NCBI GenBank assembly: GCA_964016885.1
Contig: OZ024758.1
Coordinates: forward strand, 27,528,001-27,592,000
Direction of reading: 5' to 3'
DNA: 64,000 nucleotides
Source: Eledone cirrhosa
Taxonomy: Eukaryota
Numbering within the stretch: the stretch's first letter is position 1; every line of letters begins with the position of its first letter. The notes below the pieces were generated by a model, which was not told the origin of the DNA, did no database searches, and saw nothing but the letters and a program-made list of their open reading frames with translations. Made by a program: the position numbers and the translations under genes. This document shows, one piece after another, positions 41,572-56,339 of the stretch.

Positions 41572-42110
41572 AACACTGTAAAGTGGTTATGAAGGTGTCA
41601 CGACAAAAAGCACCCAGCACACACTGTAAAGTGGTCGTGTAAGTGTCACAACAAAAAGCACCCAGCCCACACTGTAAAGTGGTCGTGTAGGTGTCACAAC
41701 AAAAAGCACCCAGCCCACACTGTAAAGTGGTCGTGTAAGTGTCACAACAAAAAGCACCCAGCCCACACTGTAAAGTGGTGGTGTAGGTGTCACAACAAAA
41801 AGCACCCAGCCCATACTGTAAAGTGGTTATGTAGGTGTCACAACAAAAAGCACCCAGCCCACACTGTAAAGTGGTCGTGTAAGTGTCACAACAAAAAGCA
41901 CCCAGCCCACACTGTAAAGTGGTTATGTAGGTGTCACAACAAAAAGCACCCAGCACACACTGTAAAGTGGTCGTGGAAGTGTCACGACAAAAAGCACCCA
42001 GCCCACACTGTAAAGTGGTCGTGTAAGTGTCACAACAAAAAGCACCCAGCCCACACTGTAAAGTGGTCGTGTAAGTGTCACAACAAAAAGCACCCAGCCC
42101 ACAATGTAAA
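41572..42110. repeat. 48-bp minisatellite (about 11 copies) within an RTE-tailed repeat
   Basis: Unit CACACTGTAAAGTGGTCGTGTAAGTGTCACAACAAAAAGCACCCAGCC. Confidence 0.9.
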
Positions 42111-43379
42111 TGAGGTTGGTGTTAGAAAGGACATCCAGCTGTAGAAATCAAGTCAGAAACAGTTCTATATGAGTGAGACACGGTCACCTGACCCAACTTG
42201 CCTCGAATGAGACAACCCGTCTAACCCATTCTAGTGTGAAAAGTGGACATTAAACGACAATGATGATGATATTGAATGCACTCTCTCTTTATAAATGAAA
42301 TATGTTACTCTTGAGTGATGACCCATCATTGGATACATCTTACCTGTAATATTACACACCAAAGATTTAGGTTCAACTAAAAAATAATGAGAAATCTGCA
42401 AATTTTTTCCCAAATCTATTCCCTTGAGATATGTAATTTTGTAAGTTCTTCCCACCCACCAAAATTTCTTGTGCTATGAATTCTTTTCAAGGCATGAATA
42501 ATCCTGTGTCCTTTGTATACAAGAGAATTACATTTTTACAAGATATTTATCATTTAGCCTAACATTCATTAATTCTTATACACCACATTTCATATTTTCA
42601 TTGTAATTAATGTTGGATTATTTGTGTTATTTTTCCCATGTCATCATCATCATCATCTTCATTTAATGTCCCTCTTCCACGCTAGCATGGGTTAGATGGG
42701 AGTCGTTCCACTTGAGGCAAGGTAGGTCGGGTGACCGTGTCTCGCTCGTATAGGCAGGTTTTCTACGGCTGGATGCCCTTCCTAACACCAACCACATTTA
42801 CAGTGTGGGTCTGGGAGGTTTTTACCGTGTTGCCTACACGGCCACATTACAGCGTGGACTGTGTGTTTTTTTGTCATGACACCTACACGAGACATGTAAT
42901 AATGTTAATCTTATGAAGTGTAATTAAAAAGAGATGTTAATTTGTACTCAGTTTTAAAGTCTGTTCTAAGCCACTCATCAGGTCGGTGCTTATCCCCAGT
43001 TTCCTTGACACTAAACAACTGAGAGTTCAAGACTCTCCCTGGACAGGACACCTGTCTATCACAGGTTTAAGGTTTAACTCCACAACTACTACTGGTACTC
43101 ATATCAGCTGAATATACTGGAGCAACATGAAATAAAGTGTTTTGCTCAAGAACACAATGCAGGAATCGAACTGACATTATTATCATACATCATACATCCT
43201 AGCTATTAGGCCTTGTGCCTTCACAGTTTTGATTTAATAAACTGTATTATTTAGCTTTGCTGATTTTCCTTTTGCACATTTTTACTCCAAGGTAAATGTA
43301 GTACATATGTCAAAAAATATTGGGATGGAAACTGTTGGATATAGCACAGTAAATTTGAGGCTATTGATTTTCTGTAAGA

Positions 43380-43750
43380 TAAATACATTTTCAATCTGAG
43401 CAGTGACTGCAGAAGACATGGATAGACTGGAGAGAAATGAAGCAACCAAGGTTTGTTGGATGTGCAATGTAAATGTGAGAGAAAGGTAGAGCTTAGATGA
43501 ACTGAGGGAGAATCTGGGTTTAAGAGGAATCTAAAGTGGTGTGCAAGAAAGAAGACTGCATTGGTATCGACATGTGGTGTGAATGGATAATGATTGCTGA
43601 GTGAAGAAGTGCCAGGAAATCCCAGTGGAAGGAAGCTGCAGTAGAGGTAGATCAAGAAAGACCTAGGCAGAGGTGGTGAGAGCTGATCTCAAATTGCTGA
43701 GACTCACAGAGGAGATGACGAGGGAACGTGGCGAATGGAGAGATGCTGTG
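43380..43750 (+). mobile_element. RTE LINE 3' fragment
   Basis: Degenerate RLERNEA..WMCNV..RRLHWYRHV..GRSRKT. Confidence 0.7.
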
Positions 43751-44021
43751 CTGAAAAGGACCCTATGATGAACACAAAATTTAGGAAGGTAGCCAATAAG
43801 TTGGTTATTGATGAAGAGTCACATTGAAATATTTCTGACCAGGTGAAGAAGGGTGATTAAGACCACAAACCCTGGGAATGTGCTCCCAACCAATTATTGG
43901 GAGTTCAAATTGAAAATAAACAAGAGAGGGAGAAAAGTGAAGATGCTGAAAGATGCCTCTGGATGCCAGCTTTGTCATGATAAATAACTATATAGACAAA
44001 ATGTAATGGTGTATAACTTAC

Positions 44022-47000
44022 TTAGTGGAGAGAATAACTGGATATAGTGGTATTTAGTGGAGAGAGTAACTGGATGTAGTGGTATTTAGTGGAGAGAGTA
44101 ACTGGATGTAGTGGTATTTAGTGGAGAGAGTAACTAGATATAGTGGTATTTAGTGGAGAGAGTAACTGGATGTAGTGGTATTTAGTGGAGAGAGTAACTA
44201 GATATAGTGGTATTTAGTGGAGAGAGTAACTAGATGTAGTGGTATTTAGTGGAGAGAGTAACTGGATGTAGTGGTATTTAGTGGAGAGAGTAACTGGATG
44301 TAGTGGTATTTAGTGGAGAGAGTAACTAGATATAGTGGTATTTAGTAGAGAGAGTAACTGGATATAGTGGTATTTAGTGGAGAGAGTAACTAGATGTAGT
44401 GGTATTTAGTAGAGAGAGTAACTGGATATAGTGGTATTTAGTGGAGAGAGTAACTAGATGTAGTGGTATTTAGTGGAGAGAGTAACTAGATGTAGTGGTA
44501 TTTAGTGGAGAGAGTAACTGGATGTAGTGGTATTTAGTGGAGAGAGTAACTGGATGTAGTGGTATTTAGTGGAGAGAGTAACTAGATATAGTGGTATTTA
44601 GTGGAGAGAGTAACTAGATGTAGTGGTATTTAGTGGAGAGAGTAACTAGATATAGTGGTATTTAGTGGAGGGAGTAACTAGATATAGTGGTATTTAGTGG
44701 AGAGAGTAACTGGATGTAGTGGTATTTAGTGGAGAGAGTAACTGGATATAGTGGTATTTAGTAGAGAGAGTAACTGGATATAGTGGTATTTAGTAGAGAG
44801 AGTAACTGGATATAGTGGTATTTAGTAGAGAGAGTAACTAGATGTAGTGGTATTTAGTAGAGAGAGTAACTGGATGTAGTGGTATTTAGTGGAGAGAGTA
44901 ACTAGATGTAGTGGTATTTAGTAGAGAGAGTAACTGGATGTAGTGGTATTTAGTGGAGAGAGTAACTAGATGTAGTGGTATTTAGTAGAGAGAGTAACTA
45001 GATGTAGTGGTATTTAGTGGAGAGAGTAACTGGATGTAGTGGTATTTAGTGGAGAGAGTAACTAGATGTAGTGGTATTTAGTAGAGAGAGTAACTGGATG
45101 TAGTGGTATTTAGTGGAGAGAGTAACTAGATGTAGTGGTATTTAGTAGAGAGTGTAACTGGATGTAGTGGTATTTAGTGGAGAGAGTAACTAGATGTAGT
45201 GGTATTTAGTGGAGAGAGTAACTAGATGTAGTGGTATTTAGTGGAGAGTAACTAGATGTAGTGGTATTTAGTGGAGAGTAACTAGATGTAGTGGTATTTA
45301 GTAGAGAGAGTAACTAGATGTAATGGTATTTAGTGGAGAGTAACTAGTTGTAGTGGTATTTAGTAGAGAGAGTAACTGGATGTAGTGGTATTTAGTAGAG
45401 AGAGTAACTAGATGTAGTGGTATTTAGTGGAGAGAGTAACTAGATGTAGTGGTATTTAGTGGAGAGTAACTAGATGTAGTGGTATTTAGTGGAGAGAGTA
45501 ACTAGATGTAGTGGTATTTAGTGGAGAGTAACTAGATGTAGTGGTATTTAGTGGAGAGTAACTAAATGTAGTGGTATTTAGTAGAGAGAGTAACTAGATG
45601 TAGTGGTATTTAGTGGAGAGTAACTAGATGTAGTGGTATTTAGTAGAGAGGGTAACTGGATGTAGTGGTATTTAGTGGAGAGAGTAACTAGATGTAGTGG
45701 TATTTAGTGGAGAGAGTAACTGGATGTAGTGGTATTTAGTAGAGAGAGTAACTGGATGTAGTGGTATTTAGTGGAGAGAGTAACTAGATGTAGTGGTATT
45801 TAGTGGAGAGAGTAACTAAATGTAGTGGTATTTAGTGGAGAGAGTAACTGGATGTAGTGGTATTTAGTGGAGAGAGTAACTAAATGTAGTGGTATTTAGT
45901 GGAGAGAGTAACTAGATGTAGTGGTATTTAGTGGAGAGAGTAACTGGATGTAGTGGTATTTAGTGGAGAGAGTAGCTAGATGTAGTGGTATTTAGTAGAG
46001 AGAGTAACTAGATGTAGTGGTATTTAGTGGAGAGTAACTAGATGTAGTGGTATTTAGTGGAGAGTAACTAGATGTAGTGGTATTTAGTGGAGAGTAACTA
46101 GATGTAGTGGTATTTAGTGGAGAGAGTAACTAGATGTAGTGGTATTTAGTGGAGAGAGTAACTAGATGTAGTGGTATTTAGTGGAGAGAGTAACTAGATG
46201 TAGTGGTATTTAGTAGAGAGAGTAACTAGATGTAGTGGTATTTAGTGGAGAGAGTAACTAGATGTAGTGGTATTTAGTAGAGAGTAACTAGATGTAGTGG
46301 TATTTAGTAGAGAGAGTAGCTAGATGTAGTGGTATTTAGTGGAGAGAGTAACTGGATGTAGTGGTATTTAGTAGAGAGTAACTAGATGTAGTGGTATTTA
46401 GTAGAGAGAGTAACTGGATATAGTGGTATTTAGTAGAGAGAGTAACTGGATGTAGTGGTATTTAGTAGAGAGAGAGTAGCTAGATGTAGTGGTATTTAGT
46501 AGAGAGAGTAACTAGATGTAGTGGTATTTAGTGGAGAGAGTAACTAGATGTAGTGGTATTTAGTGGAGAGAGTAACTAGATGTAGTGGTATTTAATGGAG
46601 AGAGTAACTGGATGTAGTGGTATTTAGTGGAGAGAGTAACTAGATGTAGTGGTATTTAGTAGAGAGAGTAACTAGATGTAGTGGTATTTAGTAGAGAGAG
46701 TAACTAGATGTAGTGGTATTTAGTAGAGAGAGTAACTGGATGTAGTGGTATTTAGTGGAGAGTAACTAGATGTAGTGGTATTTAGTAGAGAGAGTAACTA
46801 GATGTAGTGGTATTTAGTAGAGAGAGTAACTGGATGTAGTGGTATTTAGTGGAGAGTAACTAGATGTAGTGGTATTTAGTGGAGAGTAACTGGATGTAGT
46901 GGTATTTAGTAGAGAGAGTAACTAGATGTAGTGGTATTTAGTAGAGAGAGTAACTGGATGTAGTGGTATTTAGTGGATAGTAACTAGAGGTAGTGGTATT

Positions 47001-50000
47001 TAGTGGAAAGAGTAACTAGATGTAGTGGTATTTAGTAGAGAGAGTAACTGGATGTAGTGGTATTTAGTGGAGAGTAACTGGATGTAGTGGTATTTAGTAG
47101 AGAGAGTAGCTAGATGTAGTGGTATTTAGTAGAGAGAGTAACTGGATGTAGTGGTATTTAGTGGAGAGTAACTGGATGTAGTGGTATTTAGTAGAGAGAG
47201 TAGCTAGATGTAGTGGTATTTAGTAGAGAGAGTAGCTAGATGTAGTGGTATTTAGTAGAGAGAGTAACTAGATGTAGTGGTATTTAGTGGAGAGTAACTA
47301 GATGTAGTGGTATTTAGTGGAGAGTAACTAGATGTAGTGGTATTTAGTAGAGAGAGTAACTAGATGTAATGGTATTTAGTGGAGAGTAACTAGTTGTAGT
47401 GGTATTTAGTAGAGAGAGTAACTGGATGTAGTGGTATTTAGTAGAGAGAGTAACTAGATGTAGTGGTATTTAGTGGAGAGAGTAACTAGATGTAGTGGTA
47501 TTTAGTGGAGAGTAACTAGATGTAGTGGTATTTAGTGGAGAGAGTAACTAGATGTAGTGGTATTTAGTGGAGAGTAACTAGATGTAGTGGTATTTAGTGG
47601 AGAGTAACTAAATGTAGTGGTATTTAGTAGAGAGAGTAACTAGATGTAGTGGTATTTAGTGGAGAGTAACTAGATGTAGTGGTATTTAGTAGAGAGGGTA
47701 ACTGGATGTAGTGGTATTTAGTGGAGAGAGTAACTAGATGTAGTGGTATTTAGTGGAGAGAGTAACTGGATGTAGTGGTATTTAGTAGAGAGAGTAACTG
47801 GATGTAGTGGTATTTAGTGGAGAGAGTAACTAGATGTAGTGGTATTTAGTGGAGAGAGTAACTAAATGTAGTGGTATTTAGTGGAGAGAGTAACTGGATG
47901 TAGTGGTATTTAGTGGAGAGAGTAACTAAATGTAGTGGTATTTAGTGGAGAGAGTAACTAGATGTAGTGGTATTTAGTGGAGAGAGTAACTGGATGTAGT
48001 GGTATTTAGTGGAGAGAGTAGCTAGATGTAGTGGTATTTAGTAGAGAGAGTAACTAGATGTAGTGGTATTTAGTGGAGAGTAACTAGATGTAGTGGTATT
48101 TAGTGGAGAGTAACTAGATGTAGTGGTATTTAGTGGAGAGTAACTAGATGTAGTGGTATTTAGTGGAGAGAGTAACTAGATGTAGTGGTATTTAGTGGAG
48201 AGAGTAACTAGATGTAGTGGTATTTAGTGGAGAGAGTAACTAGATGTAGTGGTATTTAGTAGAGAGAGTAACTAGATGTAGTGGTATTTAGTGGAGAGAG
48301 TAACTAGATGTAGTGGTATTTAGTAGAGAGTAACTAGATGTAGTGGTATTTAGTAGAGAGAGTAGCTAGATGTAGTGGTATTTATTGGAGAGAGTAACTG
48401 GATGTAGTGGTATTTAGTAGAGAGTAACTAGATGTAGTGGTATTTAGTAGAGAGAGTAACTGGATGTAGTGGTATTTAGTAGAGAGAGAGTAGCTAGATG
48501 TAGTGGTATTTAGTAGAGAGAGTAACTAGATGTAGTGGTATTTAGTGGAGAGAGTAACTAGATGTAGTGGTATTTAGTGGAGAGAGTAACTAGATGTAGT
48601 GGTATTTAATGGAGAGAGTAACTGGATGTAGTGGTATTTAGTGGAGAGAGTAACTAGATGTAGTGGTATTTAGTAGAGAGAGTAACTAGATGTAGTGGTA
48701 TTTAGTAGAGAGAGTAACTAGATGTAGTGGTATTTAGTAGAGAGAGTAACTGGATGTAGTGGTATTTAGTGGAGAGTAACTAGATGTAGTGGTATTTAGT
48801 AGAGAGAGTAACTAGATGTAGTGGTATTTAGTAGAGAGAGTAACTGGATGTAGTGGTATTTAGTGGAGAGTAACTAGATGTAGTGGTATTTAGTGGAGAG
48901 TAACTGGATGTAGTGGTATTTAGTAGAGAGAGTAACTAGATGTAGTGGTATTTAGTAGAGAGAGTAACTGGATGTAGTGGTATTTAGTGGATAGTAACTA
49001 GAGGTAGTGGTATTTAGTGGAAAGAGTAACTAGATGTAGTGGTATTTAGTAGAGAGAGTAACTGGATGTAGTGGTATTTAGTAGAGAGAGTAACTAGATG
49101 TTGTGGTATTTAGTGGAGAGTAACTGGATATAGTGGTATTTAGTGGAGAGTAGCTAGATGTAGTGGTATTTAGTGGAGAGAGTAACTAGATGTAGTGGTA
49201 TTTAGTAGAGAGAGTAACTAGATGTAGTGGTATTTAGTGGAGAGAGTAACTGGATGTAGTGGTATTTAGTAGAGAGAGAGTAACTAGTTGTAGTGGTATT
49301 TAGTGGAGAGAGTAACTAGATGTAGTGGTATTTAGTGGAGAGAGTAACTAGATGTAGTGGTATTTAGTGGAGAGAGTAACTGGATGTAGTGGTATTTAGT
49401 GGAGAGAGTAACTGGATGTAGTGGTATTTAGTGGAGAGAGTAACTAGATGTAGTGGTATTTAGTAGAGAGAGTAACTAAATGTAGTGGTATTTAGTGGAG
49501 AGTAACTAGATGTAGTGGTATTTAGTAGAGAGAGTAACTAGATGTAATGGTATTTAGTGGAGAGTAACTAGTTGTAGTGGTATTTAGTAGAGAGATTAAC
49601 TAGATATAGTGGTATTTAGTGGAGAGAGTAACTGGATGTAGTGGTATTTAGTAGAGAGAGTAACTGGATGTAGTGGTATTTAGTAGAGAGAGTAACTAGA
49701 TGTAGTGGTATTTAGTGGAGAGTAACTAGATGTAGTGGTATTTAGTGGAGAGTAACTAGATGTAGTGGTATTTAGTGGAGAGAGTAACTAGATGTAGTTG
49801 TATTCAGTGGAGAGAGTAACTGGATATAGTGGTATTTAGTGGAGAGAGTAACTAGATGTAGTGGTATTTAGTAGAGAGAGTAACTAGATGTAGTGGTATT
49901 TAGTGGAGAGTAACTAGATGTAGTGGTATTTAGTGGAGAGTAACTAGATGTAGTGGTATTTAGTAGAGAGAGTAACTAGATGTAATGGTATTTAGTGGAG

Positions 50001-53000
50001 AGTAACTAGTTGTAGTGGTATTTAGTAGAGAGATTAACTGGATGTAGTGGTATTTAGTAGAGAGAGTAACTAGATGTAGTGGTATTTAGTGGAGAGAGTA
50101 ACTAGATGTAGTGGTATTTAGTGGAGAGTAACTAGATGTAGTGGTATTTAGTGGAGAGAGTAACTAGATGTAGTGGTATTTAGTGGAGAGTAACTAGATG
50201 TAGTGGTATTTAGTGGAGAGTAACTAAATGTAGTGGTATTTAGTAGAGAGAGTAACTAGATGTAGTGGTATTTAGTGGAGAGGGTAACTGGTTGTAGTGG
50301 TATTTAGTGGAGAGAGTAACTAGCTGTGGTGGTATTTAGTGGAGAGAGTAACTGGATGTAGTGGTATTTAGTAGAGAGAGTAACTGGATGTAGTGGTATT
50401 TAGTGGAGAGAGTAACTAGATGTAGTGGTATTTAGTGGAGAGAGTAACTAAATGTAGTGGTATTTAGTGGAGAGAGTAACTGGATGTAGTGGTATTTAGT
50501 GGAGAGAGTAACTAGATGTAGTGGTATTTAGTGGAGAGTAACTAGATGTAGTGGTATTTAGTGGAGAGTAACTAGATGTAGTGGTATTTAGTGGAGAGAG
50601 TAACTAGATGTAGTGGTATTTAGTGGAGAGAGTAACTGGATGTAGTGGTATTTAGTGGAGAGAGTAACTGGATGTAGTGGTATTTAGTGGAGAGAGTAAC
50701 TAAATGTAGTGGTATTTAGTGGAGAGAGTAACTAGATGTAGTGGTATTTAGTGGAGAGAGTAACTGGATGTAGTGGTATTTAGTGGAGAGAGTAACTGGA
50801 TGTAGTGGTATTTAGTGGAGAGAGTAGCTAGATGTAGTGGTATTTAGTAGAGAGAGTAACTAGATGTAGTGGTATTTAGTGGAGAGTAACTAGATGTAGT
50901 GGTATTTAGTGGAGAGTAACTAGATGTAGTGGTATTTAGTGGAGAGTAACTAGATGTAGTGGTATTTAGTAGAGAGAGTAACTAGTTGTAGTGGTATTTA
51001 GTGGAGAGAGTAACTAGATGTAGTGGTATTTAGTGGAGAGAGTAACTAGATGTAGTGGTATTTAGTGGAGAGAGTAACTAGATGTAGTGGTATTTAGTAG
51101 AGAGAGTAACTGGATGTAGTGGTATTTAGTAGAGAGAGTAGCTAGATGTAGTGGTATTTAGTAGAGAGAGTAACTAGATGTAGTGGTATTTAGTGGAGAG
51201 AGTAACTAGATGTAGTGGTATTTAGTGGAGAGAGTAACTAGATGTAGTGGTATTTAGTGGAGAGAGTAACTAGATGTAGTGGTATTTAGTGGAGAGAGTA
51301 ACTGGATGTAGTGGTATTTAGTAGAGAGAGTAACTAGATCTAGTGGTATTTAGTAGAGAGAGTAACTGGATATAGTGGTATTTAGTAGAGAGAGTAGCTA
51401 GATGTAGTGGTATTTAGTGGAGAGAGTAACTGGATGTAGTGGTATTTAGTAGAGAGAGTAACTAGATGTAGTGGTATTTAGTAGAGAGAGTAGCTAGATG
51501 TAGTGGTATTTAGTAGAGAGAGTAGCTAGATGTAGTGGTATTTAGTGGAGAGAGTAACTGGATGTAGTGGTATTTAGTAGAGAGAGTAACTAGATGTAGT
51601 GGTATTTAGTAGAGAGAGTAGCTAGATGTAGTGGTATTTAGTGGAGAGAGAGTAACTGGATGTAGTGGTATTTAGTAGAGAGAGTAACTAGATGTAGTGG
51701 TATTTAGTAGAGTGAGTAGCTAGATGTAGTGGTATTTAGTGGAGAGAGTAACTGGATGTAGTGGTATTTAGTAGAGAGAGTAACTAGATGTAGTGGTATT
51801 TAGTAGAGAGAGTAACTGGATATAGTGGTATTTAGTAGAGAGAGTAACTGGATGTAGTGGTATTTAGTAGAGAGAGAGTAGCTAGATGTAGTGGTATTTA
51901 GTGGAGAGAGTAACTAGATGTAGTGGTATTTAGTGGAGAGAGTAACTAGATGTAGTGGTATTTAGTGGAGAGAGTAACTGGATGTAGTGGTATTTAGTGG
52001 AGAGAGTAACTGGATGTAGTGGTATTTAGTGGAGAGAGTAACTAGATGTAGTGGTATTTAGTAGAGAGAGTAACTAGATGTAGTGGTATTTAGTAGAGAG
52101 AGTAACTAGATGTAGTGGTATTTAGTGGAGAGAGTAACTAGATGTAGTGGTATTTAGTGGAGAGAGAGTAACTGGATGTAGTGGTATTTAGTAGAGAGAG
52201 TAACTAGATATAGTGGTATTTAGTTGAGAGAGTAACTGGATGTAGTGGTATTTAGTAGAGAGTAACTAGATGTAGTGGTATTTAGTGGAGAGTAACTAGA
52301 TGTAGTGGTATTTAGTGGAGAGAGTAACTAGATGTAGTGGTATTTAGTAGAGAGAGTAACTGGATGTAGTGGTATTTAGTGGAGAGTAACTAGAGGTAGT
52401 GGTATTTAGTGGAAAGAGTAACTAGATGTAGTGGTATTTAGTGGAGAGTAACTAGATGTAGTGGTATTTAGTAGAGAGAGTAACTGGATGTAGTGGTATT
52501 TAGTAGAGAGAGTAGCTAGATGTAGTGGTATTTAGTAGAGAGAGTAACTGGATGTAGTGGTATTTAGTAGAGAGAGAGTAGCTAGATGTAGTGGTATTTA
52601 GTAGAGAGAGTAACTAGATGTAGTGGTATTTAGTGGAGAGAGTAACTAGATGTAGTGGTATTTAGTGGAGAGAGTAACTAGATGTAGTGGTATTTAGTGG
52701 AGAGAGTAACTAGATGTAGTGGTATTTAGTGGAGAGAGTAACTAGATGTAGTGGTATTTAGTGGAGAGTAACTGGATGTAGTGGTATTTAGTAGAGAGAG
52801 TAACTAGATGTAGTGGTATTTAGTGGAGAGAGTAACTAGATGTAGTGGTATTTAGTGGAGAGTAATTGGATGTAGTGGTATTTAGTGGAGAGAGTAACTA
52901 GATGTAGTGGTATTTAGTAGAGAGAGTAACTAGATGTAGTGGTATTTAGTAGAGAGAGTAACTAGATGTAGTGGTATTTAGTAGAGAGAGTAACTGGATG

Positions 53001-55203
53001 TAGTGGTATTTAGTGGAGAGTAACTAGATGTAGTGGTATTTAGTAGAGAGAGTAACTAGATGTAGTGGTATTTGGTAGAGAGAGTAACTGAATGTAGTGG
53101 TATTTAGTGGAGAGTAACTAGATGTAGTGGTATTTAGTGGAGAGTAACTGGATGTAGTGGTATTTAGTAGAGAGAGTAACTAGATGTAGTGGTATTTAGT
53201 AGAGAGAGTAACTAGATGTAGTGGTATTTAGTAGAGAGAGTAACTAGATGTAGTGGTATTTAGTGGAGAGTAACTGGATGTAGTGGTATTTAGTAGAGAG
53301 AGTAGCTAGATGTAGTGGTATTTAGTGGAGAGAGTAACTGGATGTAGTGGTATTTAGTGGAGAGAGTAACTAGATGTAGTGGTATTTAGTAGAGAGAGTA
53401 GCTAGATGTAGTGGTATTTAGTAGAGAGAGTAACTAGATGTAGTGGTATTTAGTGGAGAGAGAGTAACTGGATGTAGTGGTATTTAGTAGAGAGAGTAAC
53501 TAGATATAGTGGTATTTAGTGGAGAGAGTAACTGGATGTAGTGGTATTTAGTAGAGAGTAACTAGATGTAGTGGTATTTAGTGGAGAGTAACTAGATGTA
53601 GTGGTATTTAGTGGAGAGAGTAACTAGATGTAGTGGTATTTAGTAGAGAGAGTAACTAGATATAGTGGTATTTAGTGGAGAGAGTAACTGGATGTAGTGG
53701 TATTTAGTAGAGAGAGTAACTGGATGTAGTGGTATTTAGTAGAGAGAGTAACTAGATGGTATTTAGTGGAGAGAGAGTAACTGGGTGTAGTGGTATTTAG
53801 TAGAGAGAGTAACTAGATATAGTGGTATTTAGTGGAGAGAGTAACTGGATGTAGTGGTATTTAGTAGAGAGAGTAACTAGATGTAGTGGTATTTAGTGGA
53901 GAGTAACTGGATATAGTGGTATTTAGTGGAGAGTAACTGGATGTAGTGGTATTTAGTGGAGAGAATAACTGGATATAGTGGTATTTAGTGGAGAGTAACT
54001 GGATGTAGTGGTATTTAATGGAGAGAGTACCTAGATGTAGTGATATTTAGTAGAGAGTAACTGGATGTAGCGGTATTTAGTAGAGAGAGTAACTAGATGT
54101 AGTGGTATTTAGTAGAGAGAGTAACTAGATGTAGTGGTATTTAGTAGAGAGAGTAACTAGATGTAGTGGTATTTAGTGGAGAGAGTAACTAGATGTAGTG
54201 GTATTTAGTGGAGAGAGTAACTAGATGTAGTGGTATTTAGTGGAGAGAGTAACTGGATGTAGTGGTATTTAGTAGAGAGTAACTGGATGTAGTGGTATTT
54301 AGTAGAGAGTAACTGGATGTAGTGGTATTTAGTAGAGAGTAACTGGATGTAGTGGTATTTAGTAGAGAGTAACTGGATGTAGTGGTATTCAGTAGAGAGT
54401 AACTAGATGTAGTGGTATTTAGTGGAGAGAGTAACTGGATGTAGTGGTATTTAGTAGAGAGTAACTAGATGTAGTGGTATTTAGTGGAGAGAGTAACTAG
54501 ATATAGTGGTATTTAGTGGAGAGAGTAACTGGATGTAGTGGTATTTAGTGGAGAGAGTAACTAGATGTGGTATTTAGTAGAGAGAGTAACTAGATGTAGT
54601 GGTATTTAGTGGAGAGAGTAACTAGATGTAGTGGTATTTAGTAGAGAGAGTAACTAGATGTAGTGGTATTTAGTAGAGAGAGTAACTAGATGTAGTGGTA
54701 TTTAGTGGAGAGAGTAACTAGATGTAGTGGTATTTAGTGGAGAGAGTAACTAGATGTAGTGGTATTTAGTGGAGAGAGTAACTAGATGTAGTGGTATTTA
54801 GTAGAGAGAGTAACTAGATGTAGTGGTATTTAGTGGAGAGAGTAACTGGATGTAGTGGTATTTAGTGGAGAGAGTAACTGGATGTAGTGGTATTTAGTGG
54901 AGAGAGTAACTGGATGTAGTGGTATTTAGTGGAGAGAGTAACTGGATGTAGTGGTATTTAGTGGAGAGAGTAACTAGATGTAGTGGTATTTAGTGGAGAG
55001 AGTAACTGGATGTAGTGGTATTTAGTGGAGAGAGTAACTGGATGTAGTGGTATTTAGTGGAGAGAGTAACTAGATGTAGTGGTATTTAGTGGAGAGTAAC
55101 TAGATGTAGTGGTATTTAGTGGAGAGAGTAACTGGATGTAGTGGTATTTAGTGGAGAGAGTAACTAGATGTAGTGGTATTTAGTGGAGAGAGTAACTAGA
55201 TGT
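44022..55203. repeat. About 11.2-kb intronic satellite, 30/32/34-bp unit
   Basis: Unit GTAGTGGTATTTAGT(G/A)GAGAG(AG)TAACT(G/A)GAT, roughly 350 copies. Confidence 0.97.
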
Positions 55204-56339
55204 TCCAAAAAGACAACAATTTATTGCAAGTCTCTGACTTGATGTGAATGAAACAGAAACTCAATCAAGTAATGAGTTAAGATAATGGTGGAATGGTATG
55301 ATAACTAAAGGATAAGTTATAAGGCTTGAAAGAAATAGGGAAAAAGAAGGTATATAGAGGTAAAACTAAAAGTTAGACATCTGGTTTCCTGAACATGAAG
55401 GCTAGCATGGAACAACGGGCGTAAAATGATGATGAAGATGACAATGATGATGGTGGTGATGATGATGATGAGAAAGAAGCATATCTAAAGTGATATAGAC
55501 ATACAGGTATGCAGTAATAAGGATAAAGTGCAGATGTGTCATTATGTGAAGCTGCAGAACAATGAATATGATATGCGTCCATGACCAGTTAAAGAATCAA
55601 CAACAGAGATCAATGAATGAGGAGACAGTTATTAACCCTGTTAATAACATGTGAAAAGTTACAGGACATGATTAGTAAAGAAATTTCAGCGATAATATTT
55701 ATTAATATGTATAAAGGAAATGCCAGTGGAATGAAGTTGCAGCGGAGGAAGACCAAGAAATATCTGGACAGTGGTGGTTAGAACTAATCACCATAGTCTG
55801 AATCTTGCAGAAGAGATGAGAAAAGGCTGTTGCATGTAGATAGAAGAAGGCTGTGCTGGAAAGGACCCATCCAACCCATGCAAGCATGGAAAAGCAGACA
55901 TGCAATGATGATGATTATTATAAAGAATAATTTCAATGTAAAGAATATTTTTTGTTTCTAAATTAAAATGTAGAAGACTATTAGGAAATAAAGTTTCAAA
56001 TATAAAATTTAATCCCAAAGAGAAGAAACCAGAACATTTTTCTCTGAAAGTTCCTTAAACTCTAAAGAAGGGAATTTTAAGTCCTGAAATATTAGGACAA
56101 AAGAAACAACAAAAAGACAAAACAAAGATAACCAGGTAACTTACTTTTTCGTTACATTCATCTTATCGTCCATTTTGTATTGTTTAGCCATATATCACTT
56201 TCAACATTATCTATCATATATTATACAATGCTTCAAGCAAACTACATTTTATTATTGAAATAAAAGGAGATAACTCGTCCTGATATGTTTGAACTCGTTT
56301 CCAACACTTCATAACTTCAAAGCTAGATGGGGTTACTAG

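Noticed and set aside
24003-55203. CRISPR-like appearance of the tandem arrays
   Set aside because: No unique spacers, no cas genes, and a eukaryotic intron context.
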